A DNA stretch of 64,000 nucleotides from Candidatus Ozemobacteraceae bacterium. GTDB taxonomy: Bacteria; Muiribacteriota; Ozemobacteria; Ozemobacterales; Ozemobacteraceae. Under the pieces are notes generated by a model. That model searched no databases and had not been told where the DNA came from. It saw only the letters and a list, made by a program, of their open reading frames with translations. Location: positions 1,344,001-1,408,000 of the forward strand of contig OZ223236.1 in NCBI GenBank assembly GCA_965140445.1. Direction: 5' to 3'. Made by a program: the position numbers and the translations under genes. This document shows positions 37,673 to 46,146 of the stretch, one piece after another. Each line of letters opens with the position of its first letter. Within the stretch, counting starts at the first letter, position 1.

Positions 37673-38670
37673 TAGTATGTCGGTGTTTGCTGAACGATGG
37701 GATGGTTGTAAAGATGTTCTTCAATCATTGGCGGCGGTTGTGGGCCAAAAGTGCTTTGTGTTTCTACGGGGCCCATTTTTATGAGAGGGTAGTCCGGGAA
37801 CGGTCTTCTTTGAAGTATTTGGCGGGGCCATGGCATTATTTCGAGCGCATTTTCTCTCTCGATAATTATGCATTGATTGAGATAAACTATTTGTGAAAGC
37901 ATTTTGGCGAAGGGAATATTTCGGTAAGTTGAATATACGGGGAAGTGCAGATCTTTTGGAAAGTGAAGCGGAACTTTGCCACCCAGCGAAATTTTGCGGA
38001 GAATTAGTTGTATATCATCGCCTCTGGAAATGATTATTCCTGTTTTGTTAAGTCCTGGAAATCTAAACGTGAGTCTTTCTGGAACTGACTTTTTCATGCG
38101 GTCTATTACTTCAGACCAGCTTTCTCCTGCAGGGTGAACGGGCAAAACCAAAAGGGTAGGGCCATTAAAGGCAATTCTGTGATGCGGGGGGAGGATTTTT
38201 GCCAGGATTTCGTCTACGCTCCTGCCATGAGTACCAGGGACTACGGTGCCACCGGCTTGAAAGTGCATTAAAGCTTGATACCCAAAGCCATGAGCAAGCA
38301 ATTCAGTTGCTTCCCACAAGGCAATTGGATGGCCGTAAAAAGACCAGTCTCTGTGGAATCTGGCTCTTTGTGGGGCATTTAGCTTAATTTCGGCAAATGT
38401 GTGGGTGGAGGTTTTTTTGAAAAGGATCGATTCGCGTCTAATTTCGTCTATATACCATTCATCGTTTAAACGCATTTTTTCAGTGCAATGAAATCTTTGT
38501 CCATTGAAATAAACAAGAGCCCGAGGGTTGTCTTTATGATATAAAATGGCTCTTATTGAAGGTTCAGAGCCATTGGCTTTTACATACTGGGCAAAAACCG
38601 GGTAATCCACGATGATTAAAACTGCCAGAATGGCTAGTATTTTTAAGAAGTTGTTTTTATAGCTGGCCAT
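37672..38670 (-). CDS. Exported protein: PilP/GspC-like beta domain plus two secretin N0 (STN)-like domains
   Basis: IRAIL...RALV...WYIDEIRRESILF; DDIQLILRKIS...VYSTYRNIPFAKMLSQIVYLNQCIIIERENALEI resembles PilQ N0. Confidence 0.55.
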   Translation of the reverse strand: MASYKNNFLKILAILAVLIIVDYPVFAQYVKANGSEPSIRAILYHKDNPRALVYFNGQRFHCTEKMRLNDEWYIDEIRRESILFKKTSTHTFAEIKLNAPQRARFHRDWSFYGHPIALWEATELLAHGFGYQALMHFQAGGTVVPGTHGRSVDEILAKILPPHHRIAFNGPTLLVLPVHPAGESWSEVIDRMKKSVPERLTFRFPGLNKTGIIISRGDDIQLILRKISLGGKVPLHFPKDLHFPVYSTYRNIPFAKMLSQIVYLNQCIIIERENALEIMPWPRQILQRRPFPDYPLIKMGPVETQSTFGPQPPPMIEEHLYNHPIVQQTPTY

Positions 38671-39667
38671 TTTTCACTAGCTTCTGGTAAATTTTTACGG
38701 CATTGGTGGCTGCTCCGCGTCTCAAGTTGTCCGCGACAACCCAAAGATTTAAGCCGTTATTAATACTTTCATCCTTGCGAATTCTGCCAACAAATACCTC
38801 ATCTTTTCCTTCGCATAATAGTGGTGTGGGGTAAGTTTCTGTTGATAGGTCGTCCATTAATATTACATCTTCAGCGTTTTCTAAAATTGCTCTTATCTCA
38901 TTAAGGGTAAATGGCTTTTCCAATTGTAAATTGATGGATTCGCTGTGGCATGAAATTATTGGAACTCTCACAGTTGTTGGGCAAACAGGTATTTCTTGCC
39001 CCATGATTTTCCAGGTTTCCTTAATCATCTTTTCTTCTTCACGGCAAAGGCCTGAGTCCAGAAAAATATCGATATGTGGAAAAAGGTTAAAACCGATTGA
39101 GTTTTTATATACTCCAGTAGGCATTTCCGTGTCTTCAAGATACGCTTTGCACTGCGCCTTAAGAATTTCAATTGCTTCTTGTCCGGTTCCAGAAACAGAT
39201 TGGTATGTGGAAACAACTATTCTTTTAATGGGATTGATTTTGTGGATTGGGGCAATTGCAACAAGCATTTGAATTGTTGAGCAATTGGGATTTGCAATCA
39301 GTCCTTTGTGATTAGAAAGAGCCTGTGGATTTACCTCTGGAATAACTAGAGGAACATCATGGTTCATTCTATAAGCATTGGTGTTGTCAATAACTGTAGC
39401 ACCAGCGCTAACGGCTTTTGAACAGTATTTTTGACTAACTTCCGTTCCTGCTGAAAAAAAGACAACATCAAGGCCTGTGAAATCCGCCTTTGCTACGTCT
39501 TCAATCTTTATCTCCATATCTCCATAAAAAAGCTTTTGCCCTTCACTTCTACTTGATGCAAAAAGCCGTAACTCTTTGGGAGAAACTTCTCTTTCTTTAA
39601 GTACTTGCAGGATTTTTTTTCCAACTGCGCCTGTAGCGCCAACAATTCCAATTGAGTGGCTTTTCAT
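38657..39667 (-). CDS. asd: Aspartate-semialdehyde dehydrogenase
   Basis: VGATGAVG, PEVN, ANPNCST, STYQSVSG, RVP...HSE, VADNLRRGAATNA. Confidence 0.96.
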   Translation of the reverse strand: MKSHSIGIVGATGAVGKKILQVLKEREVSPKELRLFASSRSEGQKLFYGDMEIKIEDVAKADFTGLDVVFFSAGTEVSQKYCSKAVSAGATVIDNTNAYRMNHDVPLVIPEVNPQALSNHKGLIANPNCSTIQMLVAIAPIHKINPIKRIVVSTYQSVSGTGQEAIEILKAQCKAYLEDTEMPTGVYKNSIGFNLFPHIDIFLDSGLCREEEKMIKETWKIMGQEIPVCPTTVRVPIISCHSESINLQLEKPFTLNEIRAILENAEDVILMDDLSTETYPTPLLCEGKDEVFVGRIRKDESINNGLNLWVVADNLRRGAATNAVKIYQKLVKNGQL

Positions 39668-40485
39668 TCGTTATCCTCGCCTTCATCATCGCTATCACTA
39701 TCACTATCACTATCGCTATCATCTTCATCAGAAAGGTCTTCATATTGTCCCTTCGACTCTTTATAAAAGGACTTGTAACCCCCTGGTCTGTAGAATCTTG
39801 AAGGTATTTTTACTTTCTTCTTTTTGACTTTTTTATTTTCAGTGGTTGGTTTTGAATCAAATTTACCTGGTTGCAATTTTGGGGAATTTAAACTTATAAG
39901 CTGACTTTGAAGAATTTTTGCTTTTCTCTGATCTTGAGGAGACAGTTTTGAAAGCTCAATGGTTCCAGAGGAAGTATTTGAAGAAATAAGCTTTTGAAGC
40001 TCTTCAATAATAGCGATTTTCCTTTCGGATCTTTCCAGTTCCGATTCTAATCTTTTTATAAAGCGGGGATCTATAGCTGTTTCAAGTTGCTTTTTGAATT
40101 TTGCAGCAGATCTTTTATAGCGTTCCAGATTTACTACCGAAATATTGATTTTTTCATCCAGGGAATTGGTACTTGATGCATTTGTTTCGATGCTTGCTTT
40201 CATTGCTTTTTTTCGCATCTCTGTAAAGTCTGGTAGCTTGGGCTTTCGGAAAAAATTGCTGGAAGTCTTTGTAATTGTCGATGGTCGACCGGTTTCTGGG
40301 TCTATTGGGGCTTTGGGGCCGTTTGCTTCCTCAAATGAGATATGTTTTGTTTCTCGCTTGAAGCCAACGTTTTCCATCCATTCTGGAAAAGGATTCTTGT
40401 CAGTTTCAGCCGACAGAATAGCGGCAAAAAATAAAAAAGAATAAAAAATTAAAAGTTTTATTATAAATTTACGGTTGGCTTTCAT
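39664..40485 (-). CDS. Hypothetical exported protein with coiled coil and basic-then-acidic tail
   Basis: Signal peptide; ends in DEDDSDSDSDSDDEGEDNE; ATG 40485 has an AGGA SD. Confidence 0.65.
   Translation of the reverse strand: MKANRKFIIKLLIFYSFLFFAAILSAETDKNPFPEWMENVGFKRETKHISFEEANGPKAPIDPETGRPSTITKTSSNFFRKPKLPDFTEMRKKAMKASIETNASSTNSLDEKINISVVNLERYKRSAAKFKKQLETAIDPRFIKRLESELERSERKIAIIEELQKLISSNTSSGTIELSKLSPQDQRKAKILQSQLISLNSPKLQPGKFDSKPTTENKKVKKKKVKIPSRFYRPGGYKSFYKESKGQYEDLSDEDDSDSDSDSDSDDEGEDNE
39691..39720. repeat. In-frame hexamer tandem repeat (RCTATC)x5 encoding Asp-Ser
   Basis: gctatc actatc actatc actatc gctatc. Confidence 0.85.
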
Positions 40486-40599
40486 TGTCTTTGTCCTGAA
40501 TTTTCTCAATTTGTACCATGAAAAAAAAATACAGGCAAAGGGATTTTCCTATTTTTGGCTCTTGCGTAAAAAAAAAATAAGGCTATGATTTTAGTAGAT

Positions 40600-41061
40600 A
40601 TGAAAAAAAATCGGGGGCAACCTAAAAAAATTTATTTGCGGTTCAATAATCCCAGCTACGATAAGATCGTTCGAGCCAATACTGAAGAATTAGCCCGACA
40701 AATGGGTTTTGATGAAGATCAGATATACGACATTTCCCTTGCTGTTGACGAAGCTTACACCAACGCTATTGAGCATAGCGGTAATTTTGGTATTGCTTTG
40801 GATCTGGAGATAGAATATCTGATTTTTGAAGACAGGCTTGAAATATCAATTACAGATACTGGCTGTGGTTTTGACCCCACGCGCATAGAAATCCCTCATA
40901 CCTTAAGAGCTCTAACAACTATTCGCGGAAGAGGTCTAAGTCTGATAAAAATTTTATCAGATAAGTTTGAGCTGCTAACCAGGCCTGGAGCTGGAACTTT
41001 TATAAAAATTATTAAATACCTTACAACAGGGAAGTCTAAATCTCGATTTTTAAGTATTTAG
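40600..41061 (+). CDS. Anti-sigma factor / Ser kinase, RsbW/SpoIIAB family
   Basis: LAVDEAYTNAIEH (N box), DTGCGFD (G1), GRGLSLI (G2); start at 40600 or 40585. Confidence 0.88.
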   Translation: MKKNRGQPKKIYLRFNNPSYDKIVRANTEELARQMGFDEDQIYDISLAVDEAYTNAIEHSGNFGIALDLEIEYLIFEDRLEISITDTGCGFDPTRIEIPHTLRALTTIRGRGLSLIKILSDKFELLTRPGAGTFIKIIKYLTTGKSKSRFLSI

Positions 41062-42855
41062 TCAGGATTCTCCCATTTCCAGTTTAAGGTGATCCATTCG
41101 TTTTTTTGTTTTTTCTATATTCAGATCAGAAAACTTTTCAGGTAAAAAGCACTTATCTGTGCATTCAACCACTGCTGCAAGATCCATGTATTCAAGTCTG
41201 GCAGAGTGAGCCATTGGTCGGTAATTTTCCATGGCTGCTTGAACAAAATGCTTTATTGGCTTTGCATCTTCGTCTTCAGCTTGAAGTTCGTACATTCTGG
41301 AAGCCATAATGAGAATGCCTTCCATTTCATTTCCACCAAAATCCATTGCCTCAGGGAAATCAGGAACGTCTTCAGGTTGAATTTCAATTCTATTTTTCTT
41401 TGAAAGGGCCAGAAATAGTTCCTTTTTATCTTCAGCAGTTTGAGGAGCAAAGAGAGGAATGTGAACATCGAGTCTTCCAACACGCTTCAAATCAACTTCT
41501 AAAAGGTCTGGGCGAGAAGTCGCAAATATCCAGAAAATTTTTCCTCTATTTCTGGTGTTTGCCATTTCTCTGGCTAACATTGCATATATTCGCCCGGAAA
41601 CGCCTGAATCACCAGAGTTGCTATTTCGCTTTCCAGCGACCTGGTCAGCTTCATCAATGAATACGATAACCTGACCCATTGCGTGAAGAATTTTAAATAT
41701 GGCTTCGAGGTTTCCTTCTGTCGCACCAACCCATTTGTCACGGAAGTTTTTAAGCTCAACACAAGGAACGCCAGCTTCACCCGCAAAGCATTCCACGAGA
41801 TAGGTTTTACCAGTTCCAATTCTTCCGGTAATCAAATAGCCCATCGGTAAAGCTTTTAGCTTTCCTTTTTTCATCAAAAGAGCATCTTGCCTTAACCACT
41901 TTTTTGCTTCTCTATGGGCGGCAACATCTTCAAGAGTTCGTGTTGATTCAACAAAAACTATTCTGCCGCCAGCAGACTTTTCAATCATCTCTTTTTTTAC
42001 TTCGCGCAAATAATCCATAGTGATTCTTCTATTGTTTTTAGAAGCTCTTTCTATAAGATTTTGAACGTCAATTAAAGAGAGCCCTTCAAGCTTTTGAGCC
42101 AGTGATTCTCTGCTAACATCGCAGAAGTTACTGAAGTCGTCTATTTTTGCGGTTACGGATTTTACAAAATGCAAAACTTCTAACGAGGTTGGAAGTTCAA
42201 TTTGGATCTTCGCTGAACGGGGATTTTCAACCAGTTGACGATTCATGTCGTTCAGGTTTTCTGCAATCAGGCATGTCGAAACATATGCATTGTTGATATT
42301 GGGATCAGATGCCCAATCAAGAACCCTGATCAGAGTTTCTACTGATTCTGCACTGGTATAGGCTATTTCGGCTCTGGGCAACAGGTATTGTGCGTAATCA
42401 ACAATTACTGCAATTCTAATGGGATTGGAAACTATATTTCCCTTTGGATCTGTGCTGGTTCGATTGAGGCCGTATCTGATAAACCTATCAATCAGAGAAA
42501 GGGCTTTTTTGGGCTCTTTGGGAAGCATGTTGCCCATGTCCAAAGGATTATTGTTGCGATTGTTGGAAAAGCTTGTGTGGTGAAAATTGTCAAAAGTTTT
42601 CAAAAAATTGAAGAAAATTTCTCCACCTTTTGTTGTTCTAATTCCATGTCCACGGTCATAGCAAATTACAACTTCAAATGGAGAAAACATTATGTGGGTA
42701 AGAAAATCTTTCAGGCTATGGCATTTAAGCTGTTGTTCTGCCTCGGACTCAAAAATGACCCAATCATCTATATTGCCATATAATACAAACTGACTTATAG
42801 AGCCGCTTTTGAAGATTTCGGCCATTTCGCTGGCCCAACTTGGGTAGTTTGCCAT
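41062..42855 (-). CDS. Classical-clade AAA+ ATPase (degenerate D1, active D2; Vps4/CDC48-like)
   Basis: GRIGTGKT, KWVGATE pore loop, VFIDEAD, ATSRPDLLEVDLKRVGRLD (SRH); N-half LYGNIDD and VIVDYAQYL look like decayed Walker motifs. Confidence 0.88.
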   Translation of the reverse strand: MANYPSWASEMAEIFKSGSISQFVLYGNIDDWVIFESEAEQQLKCHSLKDFLTHIMFSPFEVVICYDRGHGIRTTKGGEIFFNFLKTFDNFHHTSFSNNRNNNPLDMGNMLPKEPKKALSLIDRFIRYGLNRTSTDPKGNIVSNPIRIAVIVDYAQYLLPRAEIAYTSAESVETLIRVLDWASDPNINNAYVSTCLIAENLNDMNRQLVENPRSAKIQIELPTSLEVLHFVKSVTAKIDDFSNFCDVSRESLAQKLEGLSLIDVQNLIERASKNNRRITMDYLREVKKEMIEKSAGGRIVFVESTRTLEDVAAHREAKKWLRQDALLMKKGKLKALPMGYLITGRIGTGKTYLVECFAGEAGVPCVELKNFRDKWVGATEGNLEAIFKILHAMGQVIVFIDEADQVAGKRNSNSGDSGVSGRIYAMLAREMANTRNRGKIFWIFATSRPDLLEVDLKRVGRLDVHIPLFAPQTAEDKKELFLALSKKNRIEIQPEDVPDFPEAMDFGGNEMEGILIMASRMYELQAEDEDAKPIKHFVQAAMENYRPMAHSARLEYMDLAAVVECTDKCFLPEKFSDLNIEKTKKRMDHLKLEMGES

Positions 42856-42867
42856 AACTTAATTCCT

Positions 42868-43752
42868 TTATTCCATTTCAATTGGTGGTGGTTGCGGATT
42901 GAAAGCCTGGGGATCAACATCAATTTCAAGGTCTGGTCCACTAAGCTTTCTAAGAAAGTCAGAGTGTGAGCTGAGCCATACCTCTGTTTCTCCAAGAGTG
43001 GAGTTAATTTTATCAATATTTGAGCTAAGTCCTTCCGGACTGCTATCAAGTGCTATTTCTTCACGAACAAGCTCTAATTGACTTTCAATTCTTTGAAGTT
43101 CCATTTCTACCAGCATTTCGTTTTCTTTAGCGCGTGAGAGGTTGTCCAGTCGCTTTTGCTGAATCTCAATATTTCCCTTTAGTGATTTTTCAAGGGCTGC
43201 GCTTACGTTTTCCTTTTTTAACTCTTTTTCAAGGCGACGTATTTCGTTGTGAATCTGATCTGATTTAACTCTAGAAAGGCTTGTATGGATAAGGTGTTTG
43301 GTTTTTAGCAACTTTAAAAATAGCGTTGGTAACTGATTCAAAGTTCTTTGTTTTTCAGTATTCAAAAAACCAGATGCCGATTCGGCATTCCAATCCATTA
43401 ATTTGTTAATTTCTTTCATATTTGCATTTAGATTATTCAAGCGAGTTCGTAATTCAGGGGCCAAACTGTTTACCATTTGGCTGATTTTCGAAGAAGCTGC
43501 TTGTTTTATCTCCAGAAGCTGTTTACCTTCTACGTATTTTTGAAATCTTGGATTTGTGGAAAGATACCAAAGGTAGACAAATTCCAGGGCCATTCCCAAA
43601 AACCAGAAGCCTGGGTTTCCAAAGCCTAGAATAAAAGAGCCGAGAATAAACATCTTATTGATGGGAATTTCTCCCATTCCTTTGATGTCTAAGCCTGCAT
43701 TAAAGGCCTCTGAAAGATAGTCTGAAAAGCCTGGTTTATCAATAGGTTTCAT
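42868..43752 (-). CDS. Membrane-anchored coiled-coil protein
   Basis: Hydrophobic hairpin at aa ~33-63 followed by ~200 aa of heptad helices. Confidence 0.75.
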   Translation of the reverse strand: MKPIDKPGFSDYLSEAFNAGLDIKGMGEIPINKMFILGSFILGFGNPGFWFLGMALEFVYLWYLSTNPRFQKYVEGKQLLEIKQAASSKISQMVNSLAPELRTRLNNLNANMKEINKLMDWNAESASGFLNTEKQRTLNQLPTLFLKLLKTKHLIHTSLSRVKSDQIHNEIRRLEKELKKENVSAALEKSLKGNIEIQQKRLDNLSRAKENEMLVEMELQRIESQLELVREEIALDSSPEGLSSNIDKINSTLGETEVWLSSHSDFLRKLSGPDLEIDVDPQAFNPQPPPIEME

Positions 43753-44924
43753 TGTGCTTTTCCACCAATCTCAATGAATTTTGTTGTTAGCTTCTTTAAA
43801 GCTGCTTTGAATTCTTCACTTTCCTGTACCTGCAGCGGTGTTAGCCCTGGTATTTTGCCAATTTCTTCTGGGACGATTGTAATTTGTTCTACAATTCTCC
43901 CGGGGTTGCTTGCAAACAGGTAAATCCTATCGCTTAAGTAGAGAGCTTCGGCGATGGAGTGAGTGATTATAAAAACCGTAGCTTCTACTTCATTCCACAG
44001 GTCTGTAATAAGCTGCTGCATCTCAATTCTAGTAGGTTCGTCCAGAGCTGAAAACGGTTCATCCATTAGAATTATTCTTGGTTTCAGAACAAGGGTTCTT
44101 GCAATGGCAACTCTCTGCTGTTGTCCTCCAGAAAGCTGATAGGGATACTTATCTTCATGTCCCTTTAGTCCAACTTTGTTGATCATGTCCAGTGCAAGTC
44201 GCTTGCGCGTTTCGGGAGAATAGCCAAAATGTTCGTCATTTAATTCCAAGCCAAAAAGGACGTTTTCAAGTACGGTTAAATGTGGGAAAGAGCTGTATTT
44301 TTGAAAAATCATACCGCGATCTCTGCCAGGGCCTTTTACCGGTTTATTACGAATTGTAATTTCTCCGGAGGTGGCTGGGCCAACTTCCTGAAACCCTTGT
44401 ATAAGATTTAAAACAGTTGATTTTCCACAACCCGAGGGGCCTATTAGGGCGATAAATTCTCCTACTTCAGGTAAATCCTCAATATTAAAGGTAACGTCCT
44501 TTAATGCGGTGAATTCATGTGGTGTTCCCTGATTAAAAACTTTTGACACTTTATTGAATCGGACAATTGAAGGATAATGCTCTTTGCCTTGCTCATTATG
44601 TTTTTCTAATTCTTCGTTAGGAAATCCTGGAAGATTGTTTTGTTGAGGTTCGGCGGTGTTATCAGCAGACTCATCATTCTTGAAAAGAAACTCAGCTGCG
44701 TTTTTTACATCATTGGAAACTGAATTTTCGCGAGTTATTTTGTCTAAATTGGCTTTTTCATCGCTTGGACCAGGATTTTCAATTTCTCTTTTTACTGGTG
44801 CGACTACTTTTTTGGTTGATTTATCGTCAGATTTTTCAGTTGTCGCGTCGTCGAAATTGTAAAAAAGGCTAAGTGCTTTTTTCCATAGTGGGGTTTCTGA
44901 GTTGGGTTCTTTTTTATAACTCAT
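43749..44924 (-). CDS. ABC ATP-binding protein, TauB/SsuB/NrtD-like, with N-terminal extension
   Basis: GPSGCGKST, LSGGQQQR, ILMDEPFSALD, ITHSIAEA. Confidence 0.93.
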   Translation of the reverse strand: MSYKKEPNSETPLWKKALSLFYNFDDATTEKSDDKSTKKVVAPVKREIENPGPSDEKANLDKITRENSVSNDVKNAAEFLFKNDESADNTAEPQQNNLPGFPNEELEKHNEQGKEHYPSIVRFNKVSKVFNQGTPHEFTALKDVTFNIEDLPEVGEFIALIGPSGCGKSTVLNLIQGFQEVGPATSGEITIRNKPVKGPGRDRGMIFQKYSSFPHLTVLENVLFGLELNDEHFGYSPETRKRLALDMINKVGLKGHEDKYPYQLSGGQQQRVAIARTLVLKPRIILMDEPFSALDEPTRIEMQQLITDLWNEVEATVFIITHSIAEALYLSDRIYLFASNPGRIVEQITIVPEEIGKIPGLTPLQVQESEEFKAALKKLTTKFIEIGGKAQ

Positions 44925-46090
44925 CTTTCTTTACTCCTGTATGGAAACAGCTCTTTTCCAACCTTTTCCCAAATTTTGTCTGTTATAAATGCCATAACGA
45001 CAATGGCAATTAGAACCAGATAGATATCTTCTCTTGGGCCTCGTCTCTGACTGGTCAGAATCAAAGTTCCGACCCCCTTGGAGCCCATGTCAACCATTTC
45101 GGCAAGGATAATATATCCCCATCCAATTCCAAAACCAAGTCGCATTGAATTAAATATTTGTGGCATGGCGATGGGGAGAAGGATCTTATTCATAACTTGA
45201 AATTTACTTGCCCCTAATGTGTAGCCTGTTTGAAGATAAACATTATCGACTTCTTCAAGCGCTTTAACAAAAAGTGGCATTAGATAAATTGCAAAACCCA
45301 ATGCCAGAAACATTATTTTTTGAAATTCAGTAGTTCCAAAAAGACACATTGTGAGAGGAACAAGGGCTGGAATGGGTAAATACCCGCCAAAAAGCATAAG
45401 TGGCGATAGCAGCGCCTGAAATTTTGAAAAGGTTCCCATTAAAAGAGTTGTTGGAAAGACAACAAGAAATGCTACCAGGAACCCGGCGGCTACTCTTAAA
45501 AAACTATATAAAATATTTAGTGGTAGATCTCTATCAGTCCATAAAGAAGGGAATGAACGTAAAACCTCAGCGGGGCTTGGTAAGATAACCGGGGCGAATA
45601 TTCTTGTTTCAATAACTTCAAATCTATAACTGATAACCTGGGGTTGTGATGCGAGGCTTTCTGTTGAACTCGCGCTTAAAGAAGTCGTTTCTGACGCAAG
45701 TTGAAGTGGGGTTCTGGCAATTATTTTCCCAGCTGGGAGGGTTATTCTGACTCCGTTACTTATTTTTCTTGATGGAAGATTTTTCAGTTCGAAGCGAAAA
45801 TTTTCTTTTTTTATGAATGTTTTGGTTGCTTCGCCCTCGCCAGTGTATTCCAGGGACCAGCCCAATAAAGACATTCTTACCCGATCAGTGTATTTGGTTC
45901 CAATTGCTGGAGTTGTCTTGCTTGACCCTTCAAAAATTCCCTCTGGAAGTTTAATAACTTCCTTGCTGCCCATTGTAGTAATGATCCATAAAATCAGGAT
46001 AAAAACAATGGGAATCAGTCCGAGAATAATCTTTTCTGTTGTGGGTACATTTACTCTAATGCCAAGAGGATTATTAAATAACTTTTTCAT
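44921..46090 (-). CDS. ABC permease, TauC/SsuC-like, with large extracytoplasmic insertion
   Basis: LPSPAEV, SFLRV, IPALVPL, TLGASK (EAA region), LPIAMPQI, W..IILAEM. Confidence 0.9.
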   Translation of the reverse strand: MKKLFNNPLGIRVNVPTTEKIILGLIPIVFILILWIITTMGSKEVIKLPEGIFEGSSKTTPAIGTKYTDRVRMSLLGWSLEYTGEGEATKTFIKKENFRFELKNLPSRKISNGVRITLPAGKIIARTPLQLASETTSLSASSTESLASQPQVISYRFEVIETRIFAPVILPSPAEVLRSFPSLWTDRDLPLNILYSFLRVAAGFLVAFLVVFPTTLLMGTFSKFQALLSPLMLFGGYLPIPALVPLTMCLFGTTEFQKIMFLALGFAIYLMPLFVKALEEVDNVYLQTGYTLGASKFQVMNKILLPIAMPQIFNSMRLGFGIGWGYIILAEMVDMGSKGVGTLILTSQRRGPREDIYLVLIAIVVMAFITDKIWEKVGKELFPYRSKER

Positions 46091-46106
46091 TTCAACCTTA
46101 GCTATG

Positions 46107-46141
46107 AGAAAAGCGGGGAATAAGGAATCCCCCGCTTTTCT
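46107..46141 (-). terminator. Intra-operon stem-loop after the binding-protein gene
   Basis: AGAAAAGCGGGG...CCCCGCTTTTCT 12-bp inverted repeat. Confidence 0.7.
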
Positions 46142-46146
46142 TTGTA

